From assembly GCA_964447515.1 (NCBI GenBank), contig CAYUSS010000001.1, forward strand, positions 4,092-68,091: a stretch of DNA of 64,000 nucleotides, in the 5' to 3' direction. Every line of letters begins with the position of its first letter. Position 1 is the stretch's first letter. The stretch is from an uncultured Candidatus Saccharibacteria bacterium (GTDB taxonomy: Bacteria > Patescibacteriota > Minisyncoccia > Minisyncoccales > GWA2-38-27). The translations under genes and the position numbers were made by a program. The notes under the pieces are model-generated. The model had not been told where the DNA came from. It ran no database searches and was given only the letters and a program-made list of their open reading frames with translations. Below are positions 30,124 to 38,899 of this stretch, one piece after another.

Positions 30124-31557
30124 TTAAACTCGTGGGAAAAGAATCTGGCTCTTCCGGATTCTTAAAATTTGAGAGATTTTCTCTGAGGTTTCGGGCAAAA
30201 TAGGTCTGAGCAATTGAGCAATGTTTTCTAACAAAAATAATAAATTGCTAATTACTAATTTTTGATTTTTTGACTCTTCCCAGGGCCGTTCCTTTTCAAT
30301 ATATTTATCGCAAAAACTAATTAATTTCCAAATTGAAGCCAAAACGCCATTAAATCTAAAATCGTCCAATGCTTTCTTATATTCCCTCTGTGTGTTATCA
30401 ACTACTTTCTCTATTTCTCTCTCTTTTGAGGGTTTATATTTGACGGCCGATATTTTCTCTGCCATTGTTAAAACCCTCGCCACCAAATTTCCTAAGCCCG
30501 AAGCTAAATCCGAATTATACCTCGCTTCAAATTTTTGAAAAGTAAAGTCACCGTCCTCGGCCGGAGGAATTTCCCGCAAAAGATAATATCTAACCGGGTC
30601 AGTTCCATATTTCTTAACGAGTTTAAATGGGTCAATAACATTCCCTAATGATTTCGACATTTTTTGACCCCCAACAGTAATAAATCCATGAACAAATATG
30701 GTTTTGGGCAGTTCTAGTCCAAGCGATAAAATCATCGCTGGCCAAAACAGACAGTGAAATTTTATTATATCTTTCCCAATACAATGAATATCAGCCGGCC
30801 AATATTTTTTAAATTTTTCATCTTCTTTTTCGTATCCAATTGCTGAAATATAATTAGTTAAAGCATCTGCCCAACAATAAATAGTTTGGGTTTTATCGTC
30901 GGGAACCGGTATCCCCCATCTTAAGTTTTTATTTGACCGAGAAAAACTAATATCTCTTAATTCCTGATTTATAAAACTTAAAATTTCGTTTTTTCTTGTT
31001 TCGGGAATAATCTTTATCTCGTCCTTTTCTATAATTTTTTCTATCTTTTTTGAATATCTTGATAATCTAAAAAAATAATTCTCTTCCTCAACTATTTCGG
31101 GTTCTTTTTGATGAACAGGGCACTTTCCGTCTACTAAATCTTTCTCTAAAATAAACGCCTCGCATCCAACACAATATAACCCCTTATACTTTTTTTTATA
31201 AATATCGCCATTCTCTTTTAATTTTAACCAAACTTTTTTTACTGCCGGCCAATGCCTTTTTTTATCAGTTGTCCTAATAAAATCATCATCGGACAAATTT
31301 AAAATCGTCTTCAATTCTTTATACTTATTTGAAATTTCATCAACAAATTCTTTTGGGTTTTTTTCTGTTTTTTTAGATGCTTTAGCAATTTTTGCGCCGT
31401 GTTCGTCAGTACCGGTTAAAAAAAAGACATCCTCATTCAAAAGCCGGTGATATCGAGCTATCACATCTGCCTGAATTGACTCTAAAGCAAATCCAATATG
31501 GGGAAAAGCATTAGCATAAGCGATACTAGTTGTAATGTAAAATTTTCTCCGCGCCAT
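30124..31557 (-). CDS. metG: Methionyl-tRNA synthetase (short form)
   Basis: PHIG, TGTDEHG, GKDIIKFH, KMSKS; ATG 31557 preferred. Confidence 0.96.
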   Translation of the reverse strand: MARRKFYITTSIAYANAFPHIGFALESIQADVIARYHRLLNEDVFFLTGTDEHGAKIAKASKKTEKNPKEFVDEISNKYKELKTILNLSDDDFIRTTDKKRHWPAVKKVWLKLKENGDIYKKKYKGLYCVGCEAFILEKDLVDGKCPVHQKEPEIVEEENYFFRLSRYSKKIEKIIEKDEIKIIPETRKNEILSFINQELRDISFSRSNKNLRWGIPVPDDKTQTIYCWADALTNYISAIGYEKEDEKFKKYWPADIHCIGKDIIKFHCLFWPAMILSLGLELPKTIFVHGFITVGGQKMSKSLGNVIDPFKLVKKYGTDPVRYYLLREIPPAEDGDFTFQKFEARYNSDLASGLGNLVARVLTMAEKISAVKYKPSKEREIEKVVDNTQREYKKALDDFRFNGVLASIWKLISFCDKYIEKERPWEESKNQKLVISNLLFLLENIAQLLRPILPETSEKISQILRIRKSQILFPRV

Positions 31558-31636
31558 AGCTTTAAAATCCGACCCCTGTCCCAAAAAGCTCGGAGGTGTT
31601 CAAGGTCGGGTGTTCAAGGTCGGGTCTTGAACATTT

Positions 31637-32665
31637 TTATATCGTTATTGCTTTTTGCTCTCTTTTCTTCTGGAGAAATTCTTTAAGAAATTCAAAGAGT
31701 ATTCCGGCTAAAGGAATAGCCAAAAAAGCTCCCAAAATTCCCCAAAGTTTTCCCCCAATAATTAGGGCAATAACCACCATCACCGGAGGAATACCAATAA
31801 TTCTCTTCATTAATAAAGGAGACAAAACATTACCCTCAATCTGCTGAATTAAGAAAAAAACAATTAAAACAAAGAGCGCTTTCAGCATTTCGCTAGGAAA
31901 AATAATTAAGAAAAGCAAAATTGCGGTAAAAAGCGGTCCAATATAGGGAATAAAATTAAAGATCCCGGCAAATAACCCTAAAATAAAAGGATATTTAATA
32001 TCAAAAAGCAAAAATGTAATAAAAGAAGCTATTCCTACAAATAAACAAGCTATTATCCGCACCCCAAACCAGCCGGCAACTTTTTTCTGACATCTTCCCC
32101 AAAGATTCAAAACGTATGTCTCGTATTTTTTGGGAAAAAGAAGAACTAAAGTTCTCTCAGCCGCTTTTTCTTCAAGAGAAAGGAAAATAGCAATAGTAAT
32201 AATGCTTAAAAATGAAAAAAATCCACCAAAAACAACAAACAAAACGTTGAAGATACTACTGGCCATTTTTCCTAAAGTATTTCCAATACTTTCTATAAAA
32301 CTTTCCATACTCTCAAAGGCCTGGAACCCGAGTCCTTCCAAAGGAGGAGAAATTTTCTCAAAATACTGAGGAAAGGATTCTAAAAATAAATGAATTTCAG
32401 AAGCAAACAAAGGAATAACTAAATAGATTAAAAAACTAAAAACTCCGAAAAAGCCGAAATATACAAGAATAATACTAAGAATCCGAGGAATTTTTTTCCT
32501 CTGGAGAAAATCAATAACTGGATTGAACAAAATTGAAATTGTCAAAGCAAAAATAAACCAGATAATGATATTCCTAATGGAGTAAAAAACAAAAAAACAA
32601 ATAACAACAAGAGAAATTTTTAAGATTGTTCTCCAAGATATATCTAATATTTTTTCGTTGTCCAT
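31637..32665 (-). CDS. AI-2E family transporter
   Basis: FIPYIGP, QQIEGNVLSP, GAFLAIP. Confidence 0.9.
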   Translation of the reverse strand: MDNEKILDISWRTILKISLVVICFFVFYSIRNIIIWFIFALTISILFNPVIDFLQRKKIPRILSIILVYFGFFGVFSFLIYLVIPLFASEIHLFLESFPQYFEKISPPLEGLGFQAFESMESFIESIGNTLGKMASSIFNVLFVVFGGFFSFLSIITIAIFLSLEEKAAERTLVLLFPKKYETYVLNLWGRCQKKVAGWFGVRIIACLFVGIASFITFLLFDIKYPFILGLFAGIFNFIPYIGPLFTAILLFLIIFPSEMLKALFVLIVFFLIQQIEGNVLSPLLMKRIIGIPPVMVVIALIIGGKLWGILGAFLAIPLAGILFEFLKEFLQKKREQKAITI

Positions 32666-32750
32666 TTTTCATCAGTGGAAATCAGCCATTATCCGCGGTC
32701 ATCTTTAAATTGATTGCCGCTGATTTATAGCTGATTACCGCAAATTACAG

Positions 32751-34019
32751 CTACAGCTTCAAAAGTTTTCCAAACTTTCTTTTGTCTTTAAACGGCCCAA
32801 TTAAAGCTAAATTTAATTTTTGGGGTTGGAAAATGTCTCGGCTAACTTTAAAAATGTCATTAACGTTTACTTGATTAATTTTATCATATACTCCCTTCGG
32901 AGCTAAAAATTTTCTTTCAAGAATCTCCTGAACTCCATAAAAAGATGCCTGGGCATCAGAGGTTTCTAAGAGCAAAGTCATTCTTCCTTTTAAATTATCT
33001 TTTGCTTTTTCAAGTTCTTTGGTCAAAATCTTCTTCTGAGAAATCTTCTTGTATTCTTCCAAAATAACAGAGATGGCTTTTCCAGCTTTTTTGTTATCCA
33101 CTCCGGCTTGAGTAATCAAACATCCGCTATCCGGGTCAGAAAAAGAATTGGTTTTAATATAATAGGCAAGCCCCAACTCTTCCCTTATCTTAATAAACAA
33201 ACGAGAGCTCATCATTCCCCCCAAAACCGTAGCTAAAACATCCTGAGTATATCTCTGGGGATGAGACAAATTATACCCTCTCACGCCTAAGCAAAGGTGA
33301 GTCTGGTCAGTTTTTCTTCTCTGTAATAAAAATCGAGGTTCTGTTTGTTTTTCAATAACATCAGATTTTTTAATAGGTGTTTTAGCTTTTATTCCAGAAA
33401 AATATTTCTTTACTTCATTTATGGCCTTGGCATCAGCTGGTATATTCCCCGCTAAACAGATAACAGTGTTAGAGGCAACATATTGTTTTTTTATATAGTT
33501 AACTAATTGTCGGTGAGAAATTCCGGCTACGGTTTTTTTAGTACCAGCAATATCCCACCCAGCCGGTTGGTCGCCGTAGAGCACTTTATTCCACAAGCCC
33601 TGAACATAAGAAGCAGGATTATCATAAGACATATTAATTTCCTCAATAATAACTCCTTTTTCTTTTTTTATTTCTTCTGGGTCCAGTTTTGAATTTAAAT
33701 AAATATCAGAAATTATATCTAAAGCTAAATCAAAATGTTTAGCATCAACTTTGGCAAAGTAGCCGGTATAATCCTCTCCGGTAAAAGCATTATAAACTCC
33801 CCCTGTTCTGTCCAACGGCTCAGAAATAGAAATTTTAGAAGGTCTTTTTTTTGTTCCCTTAAATAATAAATGCTCAAGCAAATGAGAAATTCCGCTTATT
33901 TCTTTTTTCTCGTATTTAGAACCGGTCCCGGCCAAGACCAAAACTGTCACCGCTCTGGTGCTTTTTTGGGGAACAGTAATTATTCTTAAACCATTTTTGA
34001 GAGTAGTTTTTTTAACCAT
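32751..34019 (-). CDS. M16 family zinc peptidase
   Basis: HLLEHLLFKGT inverted zincin, NAFT, GGMMSSRLF..IREE.GLAY. Confidence 0.93.
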   Translation of the reverse strand: MVKKTTLKNGLRIITVPQKSTRAVTVLVLAGTGSKYEKKEISGISHLLEHLLFKGTKKRPSKISISEPLDRTGGVYNAFTGEDYTGYFAKVDAKHFDLALDIISDIYLNSKLDPEEIKKEKGVIIEEINMSYDNPASYVQGLWNKVLYGDQPAGWDIAGTKKTVAGISHRQLVNYIKKQYVASNTVICLAGNIPADAKAINEVKKYFSGIKAKTPIKKSDVIEKQTEPRFLLQRRKTDQTHLCLGVRGYNLSHPQRYTQDVLATVLGGMMSSRLFIKIREELGLAYYIKTNSFSDPDSGCLITQAGVDNKKAGKAISVILEEYKKISQKKILTKELEKAKDNLKGRMTLLLETSDAQASFYGVQEILERKFLAPKGVYDKINQVNVNDIFKVSRDIFQPQKLNLALIGPFKDKRKFGKLLKL

Positions 34020-34076
34020 AGCGATAAGCAAAAAAATTGAGGGGGTTAGAAGGTTGGATGGTTAGCTTTTGAATTA

Positions 34077-34108
34077 AATCTCCTAATCTCCTAATCTCCT
34101 AATCTCCT
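34077..34108. repeat. Octamer tandem repeat (AATCTCCT)x4
   Basis: Encodes the C-terminus EIRRLGD* of the GT2 gene; degenerate copy at 59531-59561. Confidence 0.8.
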
Positions 34109-34769
34109 GCCTGAATTCTTTTCTATTTATTAATATCAAAAATCTGATTTTTAGAAGCTGATAGGTCATTTTTAAACGATTTTTAAATCCCTTCAAAAGC
34201 CCCCACTTTTTTTCTTTTATTATTACAGTCAAACCTTTTAACTCTTGATAATGAACCTGCAGTCTATTAATTAAACAATAATAATTTAAAGCCGTCTCAA
34301 TAGCAAATCCTTGGATAAACCTTTCCGGTATATTCTCAAAAACAAAACGTTTCATCGCTCTTTCCCCTCCAATAGCTGAAAGAGAGTCAATTTTAACAAT
34401 AATTTTAGGTAAGCCCCAGTAACGTTCTCTTAATCCCACGCACATTACAGCTTTATTTTCTAAAACAGGCTGGACCAATAAAGAAATATGCTTGATGGTC
34501 AAACCAATTAAATCGGCATCAACAAAAACTATTATTTCAGCTTTAGTGCTTTTTACTCCCTGTTTCATAGCATTACCCTTGCCTCTATTTTCTGACAAGC
34601 TTATCACTTTGGCTCCGAGCTCTGCTGCTATCTCAGCCGTTCTATCCTCTGAACCGTCATCTACTACAATCACTTGAGCAAGGTCTTTTGAATTTAAAAG
34701 CACCTTTAAAACTCTGCCGATATTTTTTTCTTCATTTAAAGCGCAAACAATAGCGGCAACTTTATTCAT
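34083..34769 (-). CDS. Glycosyltransferase family 2 (GpgS-like)
   Basis: ALNEE, VVDDGSED, GKGNAM, FVDAD, GGERA. Confidence 0.88.
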   Translation of the reverse strand: MNKVAAIVCALNEEKNIGRVLKVLLNSKDLAQVIVVDDGSEDRTAEIAAELGAKVISLSENRGKGNAMKQGVKSTKAEIIVFVDADLIGLTIKHISLLVQPVLENKAVMCVGLRERYWGLPKIIVKIDSLSAIGGERAMKRFVFENIPERFIQGFAIETALNYYCLINRLQVHYQELKGLTVIIKEKKWGLLKGFKNRLKMTYQLLKIRFLILINRKEFRQEIRRLGD

Positions 34770-36144
34770 TTAATTTTTCTCTTAAAACCTTAATTAAATC
34801 TTTAATTTTTACTCTTTCCTGTTTCATTGTATCGCGGTATCTGATGGTCAGGTCGTCTTGTTTCAAACTTTCAAAATCGATAGTTAAACACAGACAGGTT
34901 GCCACTTCGTCTTGCCTGCGGTATCTCCTACCAATTGAACCAACTTCGTCATATTGACAAACAAAATGGGATTTTAGTATTTGATAAACCTCTCTAGCTT
35001 TTTTAACCAATTCTGGTTTATTTTTAACTAAAGGCAAAACTGCTACTTTAATTGGGGCTATTTTTTTATCAAGTTTAAGCAAAACTTCATTTTCTTTTGT
35101 TGCTTTTGTTGTCTTAGTTCTTCCGCCTTTTATCTCCTGATAGCCATCAATTAAAAGGGCTAAAAGGGCTCTCTCTATTCCCAATGTCGGCTCAATGACA
35201 TAGGGATAATAATTTTTCTTTTTTCCCTCATCAAAATATTTCAAATCCTTGCCGGAAAACTCATTATGTCTTTTTAAATCGTAATCTCTGCGATTAGCCA
35301 CCCCAGCAAGCTCTGCCCAACCAAAAGGAAACTTATACTCTATATCAACCGTTCTTTTTGAATAGTGAGCCAAACTTTCTTTAGGGTGCTCAAATCTCCG
35401 TAAATTTTTCTTTTTTAATCCCAAATCCAAATAGAACTTTTCCCATTTATTCAGCCAAACCTCAAACCATTTTTCATCCTCTCCCGGCTCAACAAAAAAC
35501 TCAATTTCAGCAAGATCAAATTCCCTGGAACGAAAAGTAAAATCACCGAGAGTAATTTCATTTCGGAAAGACCTGCCAATCTGGGCGATACCAAAGGGAA
35601 TTTTTAATCGCGAGGAATCTAAAACATTTTGAAAATTTGTAAACATTGACTGAGCCGTCTCGGGCCGCAAATAGGTCTGGTGGGCTTTATCTCCAACTGG
35701 TCCCAAAAAGGTCTTGAACATTAGATTGAACATCTTGGGTTCTGTAAAATCTTTGCCCCCACATCCCGGACACTGATTTTTCTCTTTTGCCTCACCCTGA
35801 CCAACAAACCGCGCTGCTGCCAAATGGTCAGCTCTAAATCTGAAATGACATTTTTTACATTCCCTGAGAGGGTCAGTAAAATTCTCTACGTGTCCTGATG
35901 CCTGCCAAACCTTAGGATGCATTAAGACTGTTCCGTCAATTAGAACAATATTATTTTCTCCTAAAACAAAACTCTTTAACCAAAATTCCTTTAAATTATT
36001 TTTCATCAGAGACCCCAAAGGTCCATAATCCCAAAGGCCGGCGACTCCGCCGTAAATTTCTGATGATGGGAAAATAAAACCCCGCCTCTTGGAAAGGGAA
36101 ACGATTTTTTCCATTAAATTAGTTCTGTTTTGTTCTTTACTCAT
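34762..36144 (-). CDS. glyQS: Glycyl-tRNA synthetase (alpha2, GlyQS type)
   Basis: YLRPETAQ, FRNEI, VIEP..G, SIGRRYRRQDE; ATG 36144 follows a near-leaderless TTGTCA-17-TATACT promoter. Confidence 0.95.
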   Translation of the reverse strand: MSKEQNRTNLMEKIVSLSKRRGFIFPSSEIYGGVAGLWDYGPLGSLMKNNLKEFWLKSFVLGENNIVLIDGTVLMHPKVWQASGHVENFTDPLRECKKCHFRFRADHLAAARFVGQGEAKEKNQCPGCGGKDFTEPKMFNLMFKTFLGPVGDKAHQTYLRPETAQSMFTNFQNVLDSSRLKIPFGIAQIGRSFRNEITLGDFTFRSREFDLAEIEFFVEPGEDEKWFEVWLNKWEKFYLDLGLKKKNLRRFEHPKESLAHYSKRTVDIEYKFPFGWAELAGVANRRDYDLKRHNEFSGKDLKYFDEGKKKNYYPYVIEPTLGIERALLALLIDGYQEIKGGRTKTTKATKENEVLLKLDKKIAPIKVAVLPLVKNKPELVKKAREVYQILKSHFVCQYDEVGSIGRRYRRQDEVATCLCLTIDFESLKQDDLTIRYRDTMKQERVKIKDLIKVLREKLNE

Positions 36145-36173
36145 TACATTTAGTATAATATTTTTAAAAGGAC

Positions 36174-36201
36174 TTGACAACGTCTTTTGTTATGATAATA
36201 T
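36174..36201 (+). promoter_or_regulatory. Sigma70-like promoter TTGACA-16-TAATAT for structured RNA locus 1
   Basis: gacTTGACAacgtcttttgttatgaTAATAT; overlaps the divergent glyQS promoter. Confidence 0.6.
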
Positions 36202-36206
36202 ACATT

Positions 36207-36563
36207 TAGAATTCTTGAGAAAAAGGAGGATAGGCAACAGTAGCCACTCGAAAGGTAAAAAGCCGACTTCTGAGCTCTACGGGGACTACTGTGCTCACGC
36301 ACATACGCCTATCCTCTCAAAATTCCAGCGGCAAGCTCTTTTCCGGGTTCTCCATTGGTCTGTCGGCCGCAACTACCATGCGGTGCGAACCCCTCAACCC
36401 GAGAACCACGGAGAGACTTGCTGCTGGAATAAATAGTTCCCTTTTGGGGAACAAAAGGCGATAAGGAAAAGGTTAGTGGTGCTCTTTTGCAGTGCGACGT
36501 CAAACAGCACACCACGCAGATGACGTCACGACCACAAACCTCTACTTTATCGCCTCTTTTTTT
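36207..36563 (+). ncRNA. Putative structured ncRNA locus 1 (three long hairpins with pseudoknot-capable heads)
   Basis: Stems 36226-35/36307-16, 36322-35/36417-30 and 36456-66/36545-55, then a T-tract; no credible ORF; own promoter. Confidence 0.6.
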
Positions 36564-36629
36564 ATCATAACAACGAGGACGGGCCTCGTTGATGAAATCC
36601 GTCCTCGTATTGTTTCATATTTCATAAAT

Positions 36630-38336
36630 TTACTGGATTACTCCCATCTCCCTACTTACCGTCTCATCGTCTGGCAAAGTAGTATCTATTGCTGGGGCTA
36701 TATTCTCAATAATTGTCTCTGTCCATTGGTCTTCCCCGCTAATCCTTGCTTCATTAATAATTGAAGCCACCTCTCCCTTTTGTTTTGAAGTAGGAGTTAG
36801 GGCGACTTGGAAAGCAATGTTTGGGGCTGGATTCAAAACCCCTGTCCCTGCTTCCATCATCTCATTATCTCTAACCGACCAAACAATTTCCCTGCTTTGG
36901 TTATCAAAAGTGAATTTTGTGTTTTCTTCTTCAGGAAAAATTTTCCCGGTTAACCTGACGTTAGAAGGCAACATTGCTTTTACCTTTACATTTTTAACAT
37001 CATTAAAATAATTCTTTGCCTGCCAAATTATAACATATCTCGTCTCTTCCCCGACTTTTGGTGGAATTGGCCCTGATTTTCCAAAAATCTCATTCTGATA
37101 ATAACCTTTCTGGGAAATAGCTAATTTTGAATTTACTTTTGTTACAAATTCTTCTTTCATTTGAGAAAGCAAAACCGTATTTTTCAAAAGCCCATTTTTT
37201 TCTTGAGGACTGCTAATTTCCCATTTTTCTTTGAGATTTATCCAAAACTCAACTTTACCTTCCTCCCCTTGCCCTAAAAAGCGAAGCTTAGAAATATCCT
37301 CATAGTCCCACATTATAGAATTATCTCCTTTACTGAATTGACCATTATTTATTTTTATAGTTTCGAAATCAAATCCATCACCCCCTAAACTAACTGCTAA
37401 AAACAAATCTCTAAAAGGGTCTTCTCCAATGTTTCTAAAATAAATTTCGTAATGAAGCAAATCTCCGGAATTGGCAATGTAGTTATCTTGCTTATTTATT
37501 TGCTGGAAAACAAAAAGACGAGGTTCGGCAATTTCCACCCCTCTGGTTATTTTTTTTATTGGAATAAATTCATTTTCTAACCAAATACCAAGAATAGCTT
37601 GGAAAATTTTTTGCTCTTTAAACTCTCCTAATAACTTTCCTTTAATTTCAACTCTTCCTCCCTCAGCTCTATTTAAAAGAGGAATTTCCCATTCTGTTTT
37701 CCCCAATGTTTCGGGTTCACTTTCCAAAAATTCAAAACCTGAAGGATATTCAATTTTTATTCCAAGATTGCTAAGAGGATAATCCAAACTGGAAAAATAA
37801 TTCAAAGAAAAATTGAAATCTCTGCCTGTTTCTACTTTTGAAGGAAGGTCAAACTCAAGAGTTAAAGGAACTGATTTGACCACGGTGGTAAAAGTAGTAA
37901 CTGACTCATAGCGGGCTTTTAAATTTTTCGGCCGACAACTCAACCAAACCTTAGCTGTCTTCGCTTCGTTTTCTCTCCCAAAAAGCCTTCCCTTAAACTG
38001 GAAAGTTCTTTCTTCACCGGGATAAATATCTCCTAATTCTTCCGGTCCTATTTCTTGTCTTCGGGAAAGATTTTCTTCTCCTTCAGCTTCATTATCCGAA
38101 GAAATAATAGTATGTTCTGGAAATTCAAAAATAAGTTGTGGTTCTTCTAATCTAACATTGCCATTATTTTTATATTTCACCGTATATTCAACTTCCTGAA
38201 AAATCGCTGTTTCTTCGGGACCTAAAATTTCCAATTTCAAAATTTCCTTTGAGTAAGGGTTTCTTTGCCAATACCAAAAACCAGCAATTCCCAAAACTAA
38301 AGCTAAAATTATAATAAAAAAAATAAATTTCTTCAT
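36630..38336 (-). CDS. Membrane-anchored extracellular beta-sandwich repeat protein (DUF11-like)
   Basis: N-terminal TM; repeated YxxxYxNxG Ig-like modules. Confidence 0.65.
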   Translation of the reverse strand: MKKFIFFIIILALVLGIAGFWYWQRNPYSKEILKLEILGPEETAIFQEVEYTVKYKNNGNVRLEEPQLIFEFPEHTIISSDNEAEGEENLSRRQEIGPEELGDIYPGEERTFQFKGRLFGRENEAKTAKVWLSCRPKNLKARYESVTTFTTVVKSVPLTLEFDLPSKVETGRDFNFSLNYFSSLDYPLSNLGIKIEYPSGFEFLESEPETLGKTEWEIPLLNRAEGGRVEIKGKLLGEFKEQKIFQAILGIWLENEFIPIKKITRGVEIAEPRLFVFQQINKQDNYIANSGDLLHYEIYFRNIGEDPFRDLFLAVSLGGDGFDFETIKINNGQFSKGDNSIMWDYEDISKLRFLGQGEEGKVEFWINLKEKWEISSPQEKNGLLKNTVLLSQMKEEFVTKVNSKLAISQKGYYQNEIFGKSGPIPPKVGEETRYVIIWQAKNYFNDVKNVKVKAMLPSNVRLTGKIFPEEENTKFTFDNQSREIVWSVRDNEMMEAGTGVLNPAPNIAFQVALTPTSKQKGEVASIINEARISGEDQWTETIIENIAPAIDTTLPDDETVSREMGVIQ

Positions 38337-38396
38337 AGATCTATTTTATTATAGCAAATTATTCAATTTTTTGTAGTAAACTGCTATGTTCTTTTT

Positions 38397-38587
38397 TAAT
38401 TCAAGACTATGATTGCAAACGAGGGAGAAAAAGAAAAATTCATTTTTCTTTTTCAACCGAGCGAAGCAATTATGCGGCGAAGCCACAATATGATTATACC
38501 TTAGCGAATCAAGGTTCTGCCGACTTCGTCTGGCCAGAGACCGACTTCGTCGAGCCGACGGCCGAGCGTTAGCGAGGCAGATTCTTA
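38397..38587. repeat. Module A containing module B (reverse orientation) with an extra GCCGACTTCGTC insert
   Basis: Reverse complement aligns to 27772-27922 and 53358-53428. Confidence 0.8.
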
Positions 38588-38890
38588 AATCTCGTAGTCT
38601 TCAAACCCTCCTAATTCTCTCAGATATTCCTTCTTGTCCTTTATCTCATCTCTCTCTGTCCTGGTCTTTGCCTTTCTCTCTTGGGTTTCTAATTCCCTTA
38701 AAACTTTCTTGTAATCATCTCTGGAAATCTGACCTCCATATTTTCTGTTAAACACTCCTTTCGCTATTTTCTCTCTTTCAGCCCGAGTATATTTTTTGCC
38801 CCCTGTTTCAGGAATTATCCCTGAAGACTGCTCTATCTTTTTTCCGATATCTTTCCGGGATAAAGATTTTTTTTTATCAAAAAGTCCCAT
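38585..38890 (-). CDS. Hypothetical basic protein (101 aa)
   Basis: ORF track; directly downstream of ileS. Confidence 0.6.
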   Translation of the reverse strand: MGLFDKKKSLSRKDIGKKIEQSSGIIPETGGKKYTRAEREKIAKGVFNRKYGGQISRDDYKKVLRELETQERKAKTRTERDEIKDKKEYLRELGGFEDYEI

Positions 38891-38899
38891 ATTTGTTTA

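Noticed and set aside
36207-36563. T-box leader for glyQS, or coding ORFs 36089-36436, 36309-36515 and 36492-36764
   Set aside because: No T-box motif on the minus strand; glyQS has its own proximal promoter; the ORFs overlap real genes or lack SD and protein-like composition.
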